Shown here one piece after another: positions 29,759 to 41,510 of a stretch of 64,000 nt of DNA. Positions within the stretch are counted from its first letter, which is position 1. Every line of letters begins with the position of its first letter. Location of the stretch: positions 128,001-192,000 of the IMG/VR virus record IMGVR_UViG_3300033388_005412. One strand, 5' to 3'. The position numbers and the translations under genes are program-made. The DNA comes from a virus. Taxonomy: Duplodnaviria; Caudoviricetes. The notes below the pieces were generated by a model. It was not told the origin of the DNA. It searched no databases and saw nothing but the letters and a program-made list of their open reading frames with translations.

Positions 29759-30212
29759 TTATCAGGAAGATGTTGAAATGTCAAAATTTGATGCATCACT
29801 TAACAGAATGTTTCCCGATGGTAAATTTAAGAAACACAAAAGAGCGAAACATTTTGAGTTAAGTAACGGCGATATAGCGTGTGGTGCTACAAGCACAATT
29901 GGAAGAAGGTTAAACAGAACTGTTGTTGTAAAAAATGTGACTTGTGCGATATGTAAACATTTAATTAAAAAAGAAACGGAGGCAAGTAATGGATAAGACA
30001 GCGAGGGATATTTTGAATGAGGCGTTTGCAGATTATAAAGAAGCTGAAGATATTGGGAAAATGGATAAAATTTTTGAGAATACCCTGAAAGAATTGCGGC
30101 GGCTCTTGCCGAAAAAAAAGAAACCTGTTGTTTTTAATATAAATACGCCGATTAAAGATTACGAAAATAACGGCTGGAATCACTGCCTCAAAGCGGTGCG
30201 GGAGGTGCTGAA

Positions 30213-30629
30213 ATGAAAAAGATTAAATTCAGATTACGGAGAGATAAAAAAATTGTTGGTTATGAGAAATGGTATAGTGGCGAAATAGAAAAAGCTAATC
30301 CGTGGTGGTTATATTCCGACGACGGTAAAATTTGGAATCCCGGACATATACCTCACAATCAAAAAGACCAATACACCGGGCTGAAGGACAAGAACGATAA
30401 GGAGATTTATGAGGGGGATATTGTAAAACAGAATGGAGGCAGATGGTGTAGAAAAGAATATAAGAATAGTATTTATGAAGTATTCTGGGATAATGAACAC
30501 GCACAAATATCTTTCAAACATATAGGCGGTGGTAAAAGCAGTAGTATATTCAGACCTCACACAAGTTGTAAAGATTGTGGACTAAAAATAGTCGGCAACA
30601 TCTACGAGAACCCGGAATTTATAAAATGA
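30213..30629 (+). CDS. YopX-family protein
   Basis: QYTGLKDKNDKEIYEGDIV...IVGNIYENPE. Confidence 0.85.
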   Translation: MKKIKFRLRRDKKIVGYEKWYSGEIEKANPWWLYSDDGKIWNPGHIPHNQKDQYTGLKDKNDKEIYEGDIVKQNGGRWCRKEYKNSIYEVFWDNEHAQISFKHIGGGKSSSIFRPHTSCKDCGLKIVGNIYENPEFIK

Positions 30630-30964
30630 CCGACCTCGCAAAGCTATTCCTGTTCGGGTTCGGCGTTATCTGCGGATTTTCCGGGGGCGTATGGTGGGCG
30701 AGGAATAACGTGAGTGACTGCGGCGAGATAAAACAGCCGGAGATAGACGAGGGGGAGGTAGGTATAGGAGGTAAACTATGATATGTGAACGATGTCAAAT
30801 GGAATTAGCGTATGCTGAGGGGCGAAAAATCATCTATAATGATGATGAATTATGGGTATGCGCAAAATGTCTTGAAGAAATAAGGCGGAAAAATATAAAG
30901 GAAAGTGAGGAAGAAGATAAAAAACAAAAAATATATAGGAAGTAAATATAGAGGAGATAGGGAT

Positions 30965-31225
30965 ATGAGTAAACTTAAAGCGTGTCCGTTTTGTGGAAAG
31001 AAAAATGTACTGTTATATCATCAAGCTGCCGGCAAATGGTATGTTGAATGTAATTGTCAAATTGAGCAATCAACAGAAGAAAAGGCAATCAAAGCGTGGA
31101 ACACCCGCTCCGTTGACGTGGCGGAGATTGAGGCGGTGATAAGAAATTATATGACAGAAAATCAATGCTGTATAGGTGACGAACATATAAAAACGATAGC
31201 GGAGAAGTTGGGGGGTAGATTATGA
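30965..31225 (+). CDS. Lar-family (restriction alleviation) zinc-finger protein
   Basis: LKACPFCG...VEC.C...AIKAWNTR. Confidence 0.75.
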   Translation: MSKLKACPFCGKKNVLLYHQAAGKWYVECNCQIEQSTEEKAIKAWNTRSVDVAEIEAVIRNYMTENQCCIGDEHIKTIAEKLGGRL

Positions 31226-33134
31226 AAAAGATTATTTTGATTGTGGCAGTTGTGGTGATGTGTGGGTGTTCACGCTCTTTGAGTATAAACCCATTTGACG
31301 AAAGCCATAATCCCGGACCATATAGACATCTACTAATAGGAGAAGTAGGGATTGGTCAGCCGACAGAAGAATACAGATTAGATTGTCTTGAAAAGAAAGT
31401 GGACTGGATTATGGAACACGAAGGATATTGGCAAATCAAAGAAGGGACAGTAACGATTAACCATTCACGATATAAAGACTGGATTGTGCCATTTCTTAAC
31501 ACAGGATATAAATTCAAAACGTGGGCTGAAATCTACGAGGAGGAGCACAATGACAAATGACATAGCATACTTAGGGCAGTTGAAAAAGCAGGAGGCGGAG
31601 ATTGATAGGTTGAAGGCGGAGAATGAGAGATTAACCGAAATAATAGAATCAACAGCGAGTGTATTAGACACTGAATGTCCTGATATTGGAGCATATCCAG
31701 ATGGGCATTGTAGTCTTGTAGAAGGAACAGAACTGTTAACGGCAGAGGTTGCGAAGTTAAGAAAAATCAATAGCGACGTATCTGAAATGTTATCTGCCAT
31801 TAGGGAATGTGATAATATAAATATCACAACCGAGACAAAGACGTGGATGGATGCTGTAGAGAAAGTAAACGAACTCCAATCACAGCTCAAAGCAATCCGT
31901 GAGGTGGCGAGCGTGGATAAGTTAAATAACATTTGTGAAGATATATTTATAAATAACTACCCTATTAGTAGTTGTAGACCATTACCAGAATATACAGAAT
32001 ATACCGAGGCAATATCCAAAGAGATACTAAAAGGGGGCGAGTGATATGAGTGATTATAAAAATGTAAAAACTATGAGTGACGCAAAGGCGGGCGACTTTC
32101 GGCAAGTAAACTATTATTTTTTGCGAAAAGCCGAGGAAGAAATCGCCGACCTCAAAGCAAGTTTGAAAGAGGTTGCCGAGGATAGGGATTTGACATTAAA
32201 GGCAAAGTTTCGTGCAGAAGAACGGCTAACCGCCGAGCGTACGAAGTCTGCGAAGTTGGCGAAGCTATTAAAGATGATATTTGGAATAGTAGAAGATTTT
32301 AAACAAGAATTAAAATTATCACCACGGTGGTGCGAACAAGATAAAAGATGGTGTATAAAAGCAAAGAAAGCACTCGCAGAATATAAGGAGGAAAAATGAC
32401 GTGGGTTTATATTCAGTCAGAACATACTTCGGCAGGTAGTTTATGGACAGTAGGGTTTTACAGTCCAGATGGAAAATGGCATCCTGAAAGTGATCATGAA
32501 TCTCAAGAAAATGCATCAGAGAGGGTTCATTATCTGAATGGAGGCAAGGGGGAAAAATGAAATTAGAAATTAATGAATATCTGGCAATGGTGTTAATAAA
32601 TATAGGCTTAATGATGCTTATAGCGTTAACGATATATTTAACCAAAACAGGATGGCCCTTGTTGGGATTATTATTTATCTGCACATCAAGTAAAGGAGAA
32701 AAATAAATGACTAAAAAACAGGCAATAGAAGAGTCGATTAAGCATTATAAAAGAATGATTAAATGGGCTAAGAAACAACCGCAAAACGACATAGCACTTT
32801 TGATGGATATGGATACTAAACTTGGTGAAACTTACGGTGCGGATGATTGCCCAATGTGTGTAAAATACAGAATTTATCCTAGATGTAATGTGTGTCCACT
32901 TGGCGCAAAATATAATGATGGATTTTCCTGTACGCCAAGTTGGCGCGCTGTTTTTCACTCTAAAACATGGGGAGAGTGGGTGATACATGCTGAAGTTCTA
33001 CTTAAAGATCTGAAGGGTTTGATAAAACCATCAAAAAAGAAGAATATATAAATATGATTTTTTAAAAAAAAATGTCGCAAAAACATAACAGATTTTGCGA
33101 CATGGTGTTGTGTTGAGAGAATAAGGAGGATAAC

Positions 33135-33434
33135 ATGACTGAAGACATGAAGATTAGTGTTGCGGGTATGAAGTTGGCGAAAAGTGAGAAGAACGATGGA
33201 AGTCCGAATCCCGTAAAGGCTTACGCGGGGCTTCATTTGGGAACTGAAGAAACGCCTGAAATGTGGGGCATTCACGGTATTAAAGTTGTTGAAGGTAAGA
33301 ATGGATTGTTTGTGGCAATGCCGGGATACAAAAATGGAGATAACTTTCAAGATCAAGTACATCCCCTGACTAAAGAAGGAAGGGATATTGTAAATAATTT
33401 AGTGCTTGATGCTTTTAAAAAGATGAGGAAATAA
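33135..33434 (+). CDS. spoVG: SpoVG-family protein, copy 2 (close paralog of copy 1)
   Basis: NPVKAYAGLHLGTEE...WGIHGIKVVEGKNGLFVAMPGYKNGD.FQDQ.HPLTKEGR. Confidence 0.85.
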   Translation: MTEDMKISVAGMKLAKSEKNDGSPNPVKAYAGLHLGTEETPEMWGIHGIKVVEGKNGLFVAMPGYKNGDNFQDQVHPLTKEGRDIVNNLVLDAFKKMRK

Positions 33435-33439
33435 AAATT

Positions 33440-33785
33440 GTGGCGGTGGCAGAATAGAAATGCACAAGCAGCCTGTATGGCATTGGTATCGCGATGAAAG
33501 AGAGAAATTTTATTTGCGATTGCGAGGTGACGAAACCGATACTAACCGCGGTGAAATATCGGGCAACTACCCGACGGGAAAGTCGTGACCAATTCCTCGT
33601 CCGTCTTTAATTTTTGTAAAAATATAGCGGTTATATGTTAAGAAAAAACATAAGGCAGGAACAGGGGAATTATTAGCTGGTCGCGAACAGTATGATAAGC
33701 CTATGTCCTTTAAAAACACACACCGCGGGTGAAAATCCCAATCCGCTATTATGTTAAGTTGGTGATACACAATAGAGGAATTGGA
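33440..33785 (+). ncRNA. ~340-nt highly structured RNA candidate with tRNA-like termini
   Basis: GUGGCGG/CCGCUAU; UUGGUAUCG/CGAUACUAA; CCGCGGUG/CACCGCGG; UCGGG/CCCGA; CCAAUUCCUC/GAGGAAUUGG; no credible ORF. Confidence 0.6.
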
Positions 33786-36700
33786 TGCTTATGGAGTTGC
33801 ACACAGCGCAATCACAGAATATAAGGAAAATAAAAATGAACAATAAATTTGCCTGGTATGATGATCCTGTTTATATAAAGATGTGTAAAAAAGCGGAAGA
33901 AATTCAGACAATATGGGATATTGATAAAGCGTTTGGCGATTTTGTTTTCATATATGGAGATAATAATAATGAAACACACATATGTAATGGATATAAAGAG
34001 TGGGATGATGAATGCAAACATAAGTCTGATGAATTAACATGGCTTCCCCGGCAGGACCAGCTACAGAAAATGTTTTTGAAAAAAGATAATTCTGGATATG
34101 AGATAAAATCATTAAAAAACTATGGTTGTTTTGTTTGGTTAAATAAAAAATGTATGGAAAGCTACGAAAGAAATTTGGTAAGATTCATAGAACCATATCC
34201 TAACGGAGAAAAGCTTTGGCTGGTTTTTGTGATGGAAAAAAAATATAACAAAATCTGGTCTGGTGAAAAATGGGAGGAAAAATGACCGACAAACAAACAA
34301 TTAAGAAACTGAAAGCGGAAAATAAGAAATTAAAAGATCAGATTTTAGATTGGAAATATGAGCTTGGATATTTCTGTGTTGGTAAGGCAACCCCGAAATC
34401 CGTGCGTAAGTTCGTGATGAAAATTATTGATCAGCTTTATTGTGAAAAGAAAATTGATTTTAAAAAAAATTTAAAAAAAGAATTGGCTGATTTACGAATA
34501 ACACACAAATTAAGTAAATATTATGCTAATAGTAAACGGCTTGAAGCCAAAATGAGGTTCTGATGGAAAATATAAATAAAAATGTAAATGTTGATTTTGA
34601 TAAATCTAAGAAAGAAAGAATAAAAGAATTGGAATATATTAATGGTAGACTCATTGATACAGTTGTAGATTTATGCCAAATTGCCACTAAGTCAGGTTGG
34701 GCGGAAGCTATGACCGGTCGGCAAATTGTGTTGAAAAATGCGCTTGATTTGATTGAAAAAATTACATATAATAAGGACGATAAAGAATGATAAAGATGTG
34801 TTCCGTTGAAAGCGGTGTTTCCTCACCAGCACATCTTATCATTCCAAAATGGAGGTAAAAAATGAAAAAAATAAAAATCAAATTTACGAAAGATGATCGT
34901 GGAAATTGGTGTGAGCCTTCCACAAAAAATGTTGTTGAAAAACTCAATGAAATTGTAGAATGGATTAATCAACAAGAAAAAACAAAAGCAGATGCACGAG
35001 AAATTATAAAAGGAAGAAAAAAATCAGGTAAATGGTCTAATACAGTTTGGCACAGGAGGGATAAAAAATGAGATGTAAACAATGCGGAAAGGAATTTCAG
35101 GATGTTGAGATAAAATCAGACAAACCTACAGACAGAGGTGACGGCGTTATGTATAATTCTGTCAGTTATAATAGCAAGCCGGTCTGTCCTAATTGCGGGC
35201 ATGATAATTCTCCAAGAGTATATTTATAATAAAGTCAAAGGGAGTAAAACATGAATGATAAATTAAAAATAGAAATTTTGAAAGAAAGGATACGTAATGT
35301 AAAAAAAATCAGAGACGCAATAATAGACAGCGAAATAGTACCATCAGTATGCGAAGACAGTGAACAGCCTGAATGGACAGTTGGAGAGGCGCAGGAACTA
35401 GCTGAAGCAATAGTAAAGAGATTGACATGATAGTCAACGAATATATTTATACTGATAGAAAAAAGATGGAGCTTGCGTATGTTCGCGCTGTGGTCGATAG
35501 TTACGGAAGAACTTCTCATTTCAAATATGATTCTAAAGAGTATATGGATTTGAAATCATATAAAGCAGCTTTGGAAAATGAGAAAAATAATGCTCATCTT
35601 TTATTAAATTATGCCGGAACAATGACGGCTAAAAAATATGCTGATAAACATAGGAGGAAATAGTGATATGTAAGTCATGTGATTATTGTGGTGAAGAAGA
35701 CGGTACGGTAGTAATACCGGATCCGAATGAACCATTTGGTGGTAAAACATGGCGTGTTTGCGGAACATGTGAAAAGGTTATCGAATATCAAAGAGGTTTA
35801 TCTCTTGCTCAGATAGAGAAAGATGAAAAAATGGAAAAATATTTTACTAAAAAACTCTTTATATTATCTAAAGAAACGGGTAAGCAGATTTTGTGCGCAT
35901 GTATTGATAATACTGAATGTAATGAGATAGTATTTGGTGATGGCGAAAGAGGAATTTGTTAATCAGGAGGATAAATGACTTATATAGCATTTGTATTGAT
36001 GGTATTACTGGGCATTTATGCCAGTCTTAAGAATGCAAAAAATTCTAATGAGATATCGGAATTACTAGGAAGAATTAATTCATATAAAAAACAACTTGAA
36101 ATGCGGCAGGGTGTTTCATATCATATATGGGCACTTAATAAACTTCTTGATATGGACGAAAAGATAGCTGATATAATAACCAGCAGCAGTTTATGGAATT
36201 GTGGAAAAGATTCACATAATGCGCTGTCTGAATTAACTATATCAATTTCTGATATGATAAAAAATGTTATAACCGAGGAGGAGTGAGAAAAATGAAAACA
36301 GATTTAAAAGCTGAACTAACAGAAGAAATTAAAAAGAGAAAGTATAAGTATAAAACACTTATATTAAAAAAGACAAAATTAGAAGGTTGGATGATTAGTG
36401 AAATATGGTCTGGACAAGACACGAGACCTGATGTAAAAATAGACGATAAAGGAAATATACGTATAACATTAAAGAAACAATTGTGAAATAATAACGCAAG
36501 GAGAAAAAAAATGGGAATGTATGACGATTTTATAGGAAGATGTCCGAAGTGCGGTAAAGAGGCCTATTCACAAACTAAGCTGTTCGAGTGTGCCATGATT
36601 GATATAAAAGAGGGTGATTCTATTGGTGTCGCATATCATATAGATGATATGGATATGTGCTGTAAAAATCAGTGCGAATGCGGTGCTGATCTTGTTGCCA

Positions 36701-37659
36701 AAATTAGAGATGGTAAATTTATGGGTTTCACGAATAATAAACCTGACCATGTGGAAGGATTATGGGGCGGCTTAAGTCCAGCGGAGGCAACAGAAAATGA
36801 AGAAAAGTAAAAGCAATATCAGATCCAAGATAGACAAACTTCTTGATGAATTAGTATCTGTATCAATGAAGCAAGGTATGGATTTGGAAGGCGCAAAAAC
36901 AAATTCACAGAAAATGTCGATAAGTTTTGAAGAATTAAAAGTTATTTGTTTTAATTTAGATAGTTTAAACGACACTTGTGGTATCAATAATAATAGTAAA
37001 TGTAATATTAAAAACTGCCCATATGGAAAAGGTTAAAGTGCAGCACATAAGAGGTAATGAAGAGGATTGTATTTGTCATAAACCGAATGAAAAACACACA
37101 GAACGATGCGACGCATACAGATTATCGGAGTTCTTTAAGAAATGCGCGTCTGTTATGTTGAAACGTCCAAAGCATACAAAGGAGGATAGATGATTTTTAT
37201 TTATTTTATAATAGTAATGATTTGCATATTAATGTTACTATTTTGTATCAGTAAACATTTTGCGAATTTTACAATAATTAAAGATTATATGTACTTTGTT
37301 GATGATTCATATGTTAATTTCGGATTGATGCCGTGGATTGTGAAATATGGCCCATATATATCCATATATTGGATCGGTTCGGAATTAACTATAAGATGGA
37401 GAAAAAAATGAAAGATCAATTCACATATGATTACTGGATGAATGAAGATATAAGTAAAGCGGATATAAAGAAATTTGTGAAGTCAAAACTCTTATGGAAT
37501 ATGGGAAAAATACAGCAGTCTGAAGATGAAATAAACAGATTGATAGCTTTCCAATATGCGGTAAGGGATAAAGGCCTGACTAAACTATTTATAAAATGCC
37601 AAAATGAGATGATGAAAGAATTAAATAAAGAAGAAATGAAAGATTAGAAAGGAGGTTGA

Positions 37660-38019
37660 ATGAATATTGTAATGTATTTTGATGGTAATAAAAACTCGTC
37701 CGGAACATCATGCAGTTACAGACTGCAGGCTGGGAAAATGGTGAGACGAGAAACCATAAAGCTGAGTGATATGACTGTACCGGCCGCCGAATATAATGGT
37801 CTTATAAAAGGTTTAGAAGTACTTAAAAAAGAATTTTATCCTAAGATAGATCTTACCATATACGGTGACAATAAAGTTGTGATTAACCAAGTTGCTCAAA
37901 GATGGGAAACAAAAAAAACTTATTTAAGACAGTACAGAGATGAAGCTCTGAATATATTGGAGAATCTTCATAGTTATAGGATTTTCTGGAAACCGCGCGG
38001 TGAGAATAAAGCGGGATAA
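37660..38019 (+). CDS. ribonuclease HI-like protein
   Basis: MYFDG...AEYNGLIKGL...IYGDNKVVINQV...WKPRGENK.A. Confidence 0.8.
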   Translation: MNIVMYFDGNKNSSGTSCSYRLQAGKMVRRETIKLSDMTVPAAEYNGLIKGLEVLKKEFYPKIDLTIYGDNKVVINQVAQRWETKKTYLRQYRDEALNILENLHSYRIFWKPRGENKAG

Positions 38020-38714
38020 TAGGAGGAAAAATGGGCATGGGTGTAACTGATTTGGAACTATTATGGAATAATATGATAGAAGAAGGTACCACCATAGGAA
38101 ATATAGGGAGATTGTTAAATGAAAAAAGGAACATGGATTACAAAAGATGGCATTGTCAAGAAAATAAAGAATATGACATTAAAACATTTAGAAAATGTTG
38201 AAAAAATGTTAAGCAAAAAAATTTCTTATATGGAAGACAATAAAATTCCGATGATTTCTGACTTTTCGCCGGGTTTATATTATCCTAATTTTATGAATGT
38301 TTTTATTAAAAGAAATGAGATTATAGAGGAAATATGTAAACGTGAATTACATGATATTGGTGAATTAGAAATGATTGAGACATAGGAGGAGAAAAATGAT
38401 TTTTATTCAAAAACTGATTTTTGAGTTGTTATTAAGTTATCCAACATGGTTGATGGTGATTGATATTATATTTACATCAGCTATTGTTATAGCTGCTGGT
38501 TACATTATATTTGCAATAGTGAGGTATAAAAAATGAAATTTAAAGTTCAATGGGAAGAACAGAGGTCTATCATAATCGAGGCCGATACCGCGGATGCCGC
38601 TGAAGAAATGATGATGAATGGCGAATTTGATGGTAAAGACGTCGAATCCGGAGAGTTAACGTCGATGCCTGAAGCGTATGAATTGAAGGATGAAGAAAAA
38701 TTTAGGAGGAAAGA

Positions 38715-39281
38715 ATGAACATTAAAGTAAGAAGAATGGTTCCGCACACAAGCGGAAAGATTAAAGCGTTTGCTGACATAACAATCGGCGATACACTTGT
38801 AAAGGGGTTTAGAGTTGTTGAGGGAACTGGTGGCAAAGATGATTTTATAGGCTTGCCGAGTATTAAAGGCAGTGACGGGAACTGGTATGCTAATTTTAAG
38901 CCCGGCGAAACTCTTATGAAAAGCATAAATGATGTAATTTTCAAATCATATATAGATTTGGAACCACAGACCAACTTGCCGCTTAATGATAAAAAAGCGC
39001 CAAGTGATATAGCAATACTTTCACTTGATGCTGAAAAATCACTGTATAGTGACGCAACGACATTTTATGGAGAACCGGTTAAATATTTCGCTGAGGGAAA
39101 TGTCAAGGCCTATGATTTTATGGGCTATCGTTTCATGAGACAAAATCCTGTTAAAAAGGACAAGGACGGTAATTTGTCAAAATGGGCGCAGATGGTTAAG
39201 GATGGCGATAAAGTAACCTGGGTTGTCCAGGGTGGAGTTTATATTGGGCGTGTCGTAAACTCGGTATATCAGCAGTGCTAG
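38715..39281 (+). CDS. spoVG: SpoVG-family domain fused to a C-terminal extension, copy 3
   Basis: KIKAFADITIGDTLVKGFRVVEG...FIGLPS.K..DG.WY. Confidence 0.75.
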   Translation: MNIKVRRMVPHTSGKIKAFADITIGDTLVKGFRVVEGTGGKDDFIGLPSIKGSDGNWYANFKPGETLMKSINDVIFKSYIDLEPQTNLPLNDKKAPSDIAILSLDAEKSLYSDATTFYGEPVKYFAEGNVKAYDFMGYRFMRQNPVKKDKDGNLSKWAQMVKDGDKVTWVVQGGVYIGRVVNSVYQQC

Positions 39282-39338
39282 TATAATGGAATCGGCTTGA
39301 TTTCGGTTTCCGTATATCAAGTTACATCATTCTGTTAT

Positions 39339-39416
39339 GCGAACGGTGGTGGCGTGGTAGCCTGACATCGTTGAGCTTTCCAAGCTCGGATGTCGCAGAC
39401 CAACTGCCCACCTCGC
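39339..39416 (+). ncRNA. aberrant tRNA-Gly(UCC)-like cloverleaf with an elongated anticodon arm
   Basis: GGUGG/CCACC (+GCGA/UCGC), GGC-GUGGUA-GCC, GACAUC..UGAGC-UU[UCC]AA-GCUCG-GAUGUC, GCAG-ACCAA-CUGC. Confidence 0.55.
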
Positions 39417-40102
39417 ACTGTGAAATAGAATTTGGAGGAAAAAAATTGAAAAGGAGGAAAAATGACTTTACCTAAATTGATTGGAATGAATGCAATCGAA
39501 TTTCAGAAATGGAATGATGAAGGTGATGAGGGGATAAGATCATTAAGTATTCTGTATTATCTGTATATGCTGAATGTTCAATCAAAACAAATTCGCCATG
39601 ACGTTAGAGAGAATAGTGAAAATGTCGAAAATATTTTAAAGATTTTGGACAAATTAGAAATTAAAGCTAAAAGAGAGCCCGTTATGCTGTCTACTGATAA
39701 AATGGATGCGTTAAATAAATTGATAGCAGGAATGGAAAAGATACAATTGAAAATAGGAGGATGAATGTCATTGATAAAAATTAAAGAACCGGATGAGCAA
39801 TGTATGCATCCGGAACATAATCCGCCAATGCATATTTATTTAGAGCCTGGAACATATGAACATACTTGTCCAGCGTGTGGTAAAACTGTGGTTTTTGAAA
39901 TTCCGCAAATTACAATTTAAAGGAGGAAAAATGGAGTATGATGAAGTGAAAATCAGAGTTCCTAAAGTAGGAAAGGGTATTAGTGATATGTCAAAACTGG
40001 TCGCCGTGTCTGTTGCGAATACAATAGGTGTCGGTCTGGCGGTTGTTGCTGACAAACTGATTAATTTTGGTAAAGAAACTGAAAAAGAAGGAGGTGAGAA
40101 AA

Positions 40103-40348
40103 ATGATTAGTGTTAAAAGACTAACGAAACTTAAAGATGCCGAGAACAAAACAAAGGCTATGGTCACGCTTGATACAGGTGATTTCCTTTTGAGCGGCAT
40201 AAGAGTTGTTGACGCTGGGAAGGGCCCGTTTGTGTCCATGCCCCAGAGAAAGGGAACTGATGGTAAGTATTATGATACCATACATCCTACGTCAGACAGA
40301 ATGAAAGAGGATATTAATAACGCGGTTCTCGCGGAATTTAATAAATAA
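40103..40348 (+). CDS. spoVG: SpoVG-family protein, copy 4
   Basis: TKAMVTL...LLSGIRVVDAGKGPFVSMPQRK..DGKYYDTIHP. Confidence 0.85.
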   Translation: MISVKRLTKLKDAENKTKAMVTLDTGDFLLSGIRVVDAGKGPFVSMPQRKGTDGKYYDTIHPTSDRMKEDINNAVLAEFNK

Positions 40349-40356
40349 AAGGTTAT

Positions 40357-40383
40357 GCGGGGGAGAAAGGGTTTCTCCCCCGC
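40357..40383. terminator. perfect 11-bp GC-rich hairpin after spoVG copy 4 (no U tract)
   Basis: GCGGGGGAGAA-AGGGT-TTCTCCCCCGC followed by A-rich sequence. Confidence 0.45.
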
Positions 40384-40996
40384 AATTAAAAAAAAAGGGG
40401 GATGCGATCAAGATTAATCCGATTGAAATTGTTACAACATTAATAATTGAAGGAATAATACTGGGAATAGTTGTCAGTGTATCGAAACCGATAACTAAAT
40501 TAATTGAATCAATTTACACTAGAAAAAAGAAAAAATTATCTGATGATAACGTAGCGGCATGCGCCGTTGTAATAGACAATTAAGGAGAATACAATGAATA
40601 GTTTAAATCCCGTTGAGTCTCTATCAGCTCTTATTGTACAAGGCATTGTATTGGGATGTGTTATTTCAATAGCTATTCCAATAAGCAGATTAATAATGAA
40701 AGCTGAATTTGAAGGATATAAAAAAGTAAAAAAACTGATGAAGAAAGAACAGCTGGCTGTTGGGGGGGCATAATGTTCGATTTTTTGGAACCGCTAATGG
40801 CATTTGATATGCCTAATTTACCGTTTGAAGAATATTGGGAGCATATTTCTGATAAAATAGATCAAGCATATAAAACAGGCATGTATAAAAGCAGATGTTT
40901 CTCTGAACAGGGTGGCGCTGGCAATGAACAGGCCGCAAAAGATTTATTCGATTTACTCAGCACAAAATCAAGTATATTCGGATAAGGAGTTAATTT

Positions 40997-41431
40997 ATGA
41001 TTAAATATATTAATGGTGATTTATTCACTTCAAAAAATTCATTAGCCCATTGCATAAGTAAAGATTTTAAACTAGGTGCCGGCATTGCCAAAACATTTAG
41101 AAGGAAATATATCAAGGAAATTTTAAAAGCAAGAAATGAAATGATTGACATTGAAAAATCGCTTGTTGATGTCGGCAAATGTCTGGTTGCTGATGTCGGC
41201 AGTTGCTATGTTTTTAATCTGATTACAAAAAAGTTTTATTATGAAAAACCAACTCTCAAATCTATGGAATCGGCATTGGAAAATATGTTCGCGAAGGCGG
41301 AAACAATTAATGTTGAGACAATCGCAATGCCCAGAATAGGGTGTGGACTTGACCGATTAAAATGGAACGATGTTGAGAAATTAATTATTAAACACCAGGG
41401 AAATATTGATGTCGCTGTTTATAGTTTATGA
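40997..41431 (+). CDS. macrodomain ADP-ribosylhydrolase, TARG1/DarG-like
   Basis: GDLF...LAHCISKDFKLGAGIAK.F...NLITK..Y..KP...MPRIGCGLDRLKW. Confidence 0.9.
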   Translation: MIKYINGDLFTSKNSLAHCISKDFKLGAGIAKTFRRKYIKEILKARNEMIDIEKSLVDVGKCLVADVGSCYVFNLITKKFYYEKPTLKSMESALENMFAKAETINVETIAMPRIGCGLDRLKWNDVEKLIIKHQGNIDVAVYSL

Positions 41432-41437
41432 AAACAT

Positions 41438-41510
41438 AGGGATGTCGTTCAATTGGACAGGACCGGTGATTTTGAGTCACCTAATCGAGGTTCGAATCCT
41501 TGCATCCCTG
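41438..41510 (+). tRNA. tRNA-Gln(UUG); CCA not encoded
   Basis: AGGGAUG/CAUCCCU, GGUGA-UU[UUG]AG-UCACC, CGAGG-UUCGAAU-CCUUG, G73. Confidence 0.9.

Noticed and set aside
33440-33785. tmRNA
   Set aside because: It has a D-like stem, a poor T arm and no encoded CCA. The resume-like TGGTC-GCG-AAC frame has no stop before the 3' end and no Ala-rich tag.
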